From: Phyllobates terribilis | Lineage: Eukaryota | DNA length: 64,000 bases | NCBI RefSeq assembly: GCF_046119375.1 | Contig: NW_027362772.1 | Span: forward strand, 160,580,001 to 160,644,000 | Reading direction: 5' to 3' | In this document: piece by piece, positions 61,247 through 64,000 of the stretch | Layout: each line of letters starts with the position of its first letter | How positions within the stretch are numbered: position 1 is the first letter of the stretch | The notes under the pieces: generated by a model | What the model was told of the DNA's origin: nothing | Databases searched by the model: none | The model's input: the letters and a program-made list of their open reading frames with translations, nothing else | Program-made: the position numbers and the translations under genes

Positions 61247-61630
61247 CAGGCTGAGACTGGCCCACAAGGGCACAGGTGAATCCCTCAGTGGACCCTTGTT
61301 CCTTTGTTGGGTGAAGAGAATGGGGCATCAGACTGCGCTGCTCGCCTGTCAGAATAATGTACCAGAGGAATCCAAGTCGATGTAATGATGAAATAGACTT
61401 TATTAAGTGGACCCCTGTGGAAGAGTGGGGTCCCCAACCCTTACAACCCTAATCACTTGTACAGACGAGGGCAGCATCTCATCATTCATTTAACAAACTA
61501 CCCAGTCTACTAGTATATAGAAGCATAGACAAATTTGTGAACAAGGGTCAAGTAATATTGCGTGAAGCTGAACAGTGGGTCCCCAGAATCAATGTCACTG
61601 GTGGGCCCTTGGGACCCCTGCCCGACACTG
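61247..61630. mobile_element. hAT-type MITE
   Basis: CAGGCTGAGACTGG / CTGCCCGACACTG ends; degenerate 8-bp TSD GCTACACC/GATGCACC. Confidence 0.55.
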
Positions 61631-61661
61631 GATGCACCCTTGTTGTTGTGCTTTAATGTAG

Positions 61662-61927
61662 GGGAAGCCGTATGTGCTTACGCTTATAAAACCACCAGTG
61701 TCGAAAGTGATATGTCAGAAGAAGACCTTGGATAGATTACCCTTTCAAGACAACCTTAGGTGAAACATTCAATATATTTATAGGTTTTTAGAAGCGTGTA
61801 CTCTGTTCTTTTTCATCTAAACCCACATTTCTCCAACAGGTCAAGTCTTGAAGATTTCACTAAATTAGTTATTAGCATGTGCTACCTCTACGGGAAATCC
61901 TCATCACCACCTGTTGAGGTTCCTTGA
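61662..61927 (+). CDS. Candidate two-exon 3' end of an unidentified gene (61662-61759 plus 61840-61927)
   Basis: AG/GT boundaries, 80-nt AT-rich intron with pyrimidine tract; the single open frame of each exon joins in phase; TGA followed by AATAAA at 61931. Confidence 0.35.
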
Positions 61928-62013
61928 GGCAATAAATGAAGCCGAAGGAGACATCTTCTATTGACTGCATGCAACACTAATTAGACTTATTAGGAAAATA
62001 AAATATTACTTAC

Positions 62014-62021
62014 ATTTCCAT
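62014..62021 (-). CDS. Candidate first coding exon end of the tubby-like gene (ATG GAA AT|)
   Basis: gagATGGAAAT|GTAAGT: strong Kozak, perfect donor, in-frame TGA two codons upstream, and phase fits the 36-nt micro-exon. Confidence 0.3.
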
Positions 62022-62984
62022 CTCTCACAATGAAGCCAGTATCCTAAGACATCTGCAAACAACTCACTCTTGGATGAGAGATATAAGAAATCTCGGGTTC
62101 GGGTGTATTCGTATCTCTGGTTGTCAGGTACCTGGTGGCAGCACAGGCTTGGAAGAAGGCGATGCTATTACGGCACAAAGAGAGGACACGGTGCATGTGT
62201 AATCTTCCTATCGGCATGGACATCAGTAAATTGGGATTCTCATAATCAGCTTTGTTAGCTTGGCTTATTAGCCCGGTCACACAACACATCTCTGCAAAAA
62301 CCTGCATCGTAGTAGACAGAGAAAGAACCTGATATATAAGCAATTAAAGATATAAGAAATCCCAGAAAATGGAAATGTCAGACATTAGTACCACCGAAAC
62401 CTACAATATTCTGCAACATGAAATTTCCAGTTTCAAAGATTAAGTTGTTTTTTTAATCTTTTTGGTAAATACTTTTTGTTCACCTTTTCCCGGCAGCTTC
62501 CCTGTAACCATGGCTAGAATGTTTGGTTCCCTAAACCATTTTATTACAACACCGGAAACACCTATTTTTTTCAATCTTTTTTGTTCCAACATTTTTTATA
62601 GTTTTTTGAGGGGTTGTTTTTTTTCTATATCTATTTTATTTTTTAATGGCACCATTTCGGGGTGCAGATCACTTATTAACTTTTATTATATTAATTTTGT
62701 TGAGTGGATGGAACAAAAAAAAACAGCAATGCTGAAATTATTTTTGCTTGCTTTCATCTATTTACCATAAATAAATAAATTATTTATTTGGGTGAATAGA
62801 TTATGGAAAAGCTAAATTTGTATCGTTTTTATGTTTTAATACTTTTGCATAATAAAATCTCACATTCCAAGAGATGTAACTTTTAGATTTTTTTCTCTGT
62901 GAGTGTTGTGGTCTGCATGCTTTTTTATTTTGCAGAATTTTTTTGCTCTCCTGTGTTGACGGTGAGGCGGAGCAGACTGTGTTG

Positions 62985-63564
62985 CGTGGAGCAGGGTCCC
63001 TTCCTCAGGAAGTCAGCGGCAGCACAGAGGTGTGGGGATGCTGAGGGCCCATTGTCGGCGGTGAGCAGAGCGGAGTGCATCATTGCCTTCCCGGCATCCA
63101 TTTTCCCAAAGCCATGGGCCACCAGAAAATGTCCGCCTCTGGCGGCACGTGCACAGGTTGGGGTCTCGGCCCAGCCGAGATCTCACTCTGCTCACACTCT
63201 GCCTCTGGTGCCCATTTTCCTGAAGTCGCAAGCTTCAGGGAAATGGCCTCTGGAGGCAGAGCATGAGCAGATTGAGATCTCGACTGGGCTGAGATCCCAA
63301 TCAGCGCACACGCCACTGGAAGCGTCCCGCGGCCTCAGGAAAATGTCCGCTGAGAAAGCAATGATGCACTTCCCTTTACTCACCGCCAACACCGGGCCCG
63401 CAACATCGCCACACTTCTGCTGCCGCTGGCTTCCTGAGAAAGGGACCCTGCTCCTCCACCACCGCAAACCCCTGGTAAGCCTGCATTCGGACTATAAGAC
63501 ACACCCCACATTTTCCTCCCAAATTTGAGGGGAAAAAAGTGTGTCTTATAGTCAGAAAAATACG
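62985..63564. mobile_element. Pogo/Tigger-like non-autonomous element end with a long internal inverted repeat
   Basis: Subterminal GGACTATAAGAC / GTCTTATAGTC ending AAAATACG; 62985-63090 is an imperfect reverse complement of about 63352-63460; left end not seen. Confidence 0.5.
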
Positions 63565-63734
63565 ATACTTTATTCCCATTCCAAATTCTCTAACATAATA
63601 AGTTATATACACAGTACATGCATTTTTTTTCTACAATTTTGCAATGTATTGGTGCATGTTGTTAGGAATGGAGCGTTAGCTGTGCATTCATGGTTCTCTC
63701 AATTTATTTCTATGCATACTCAGAAAATGGCAAT

Positions 63735-64000
63735 TTTCAGAGCTGCCATATGCAAACTGTCTCTTCAGAGAGGAAGAGGACCAGAACTCTAGTGCCACCT
63801 ACAGGAAGTAGCAATCCTAGAAGTCAATAGTGACCCTTAAATGAGCCTTATCACATGACTTAGGATATAAGCCATAACCAGAAACTCAATTTGCAGACAC
63901 TGTGTTTCAGGGTACTGCCCCTCGTCAGTGCAAGGTGTGAGTTCTGGTTTGGCTGGGTGAGAGGCATCAGACCGGTATCTAAGGGGTAACATTTCTCCTT
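63735..64000. repeat. Second copy of the 35890-36280 repeat family, truncated by the window end
   Basis: Colinear shared motifs with 35890-36125. Confidence 0.7.

Noticed and set aside
62501-62516. RFX X-box-like GTAACCATGGCTAG near the tubby-like 5' region
   Set aside because: Only one half-site fits the consensus.

Overview
Vertebrate genomic DNA, not prokaryotic. The repeat families and ~80-nt minimal introns suggest an anuran amphibian, but that is inference. No CRISPR, rRNA or tRNA genes were seen, and there are four N gaps. Three protein-coding genes lie on the minus strand and were rebuilt exon by exon with GT-AG sites and phases checked. (1) A tubby-family gene, most likely TULP2 (13 well-supported exons, 52672->31903, plus two tentative 5' micro-exons). 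(2) A complete 7-exon, 334-aa DHDH (30185->17656). (3) A second, diverged DHDH paralog whose exons 1-4 are in the window (10267->1871). Introns and intergenic space are packed with transposons: two internally deleted Ty3/Gypsy elements with TSDs, four solo LTRs, two near-full-length Tc1 copies, Tc1 and L2 remnants, and many nested MITEs, several inflated by one shared ~30-bp minisatellite. Most long ORFs in the supplied track are repeat artefacts. I found no clearly new biological system. The best leads are an unidentified spliced plus-strand ORF at 61.7-61.9 kb, divergence of the DHDH pair at pocket and cofactor positions, a Tf1/sushi-type self-priming signature plus a splice donor in the intronic Gypsy, a tRNA-Ser PBS-like motif inside two solo LTRs, and a minisatellite shared between different MITE shells.
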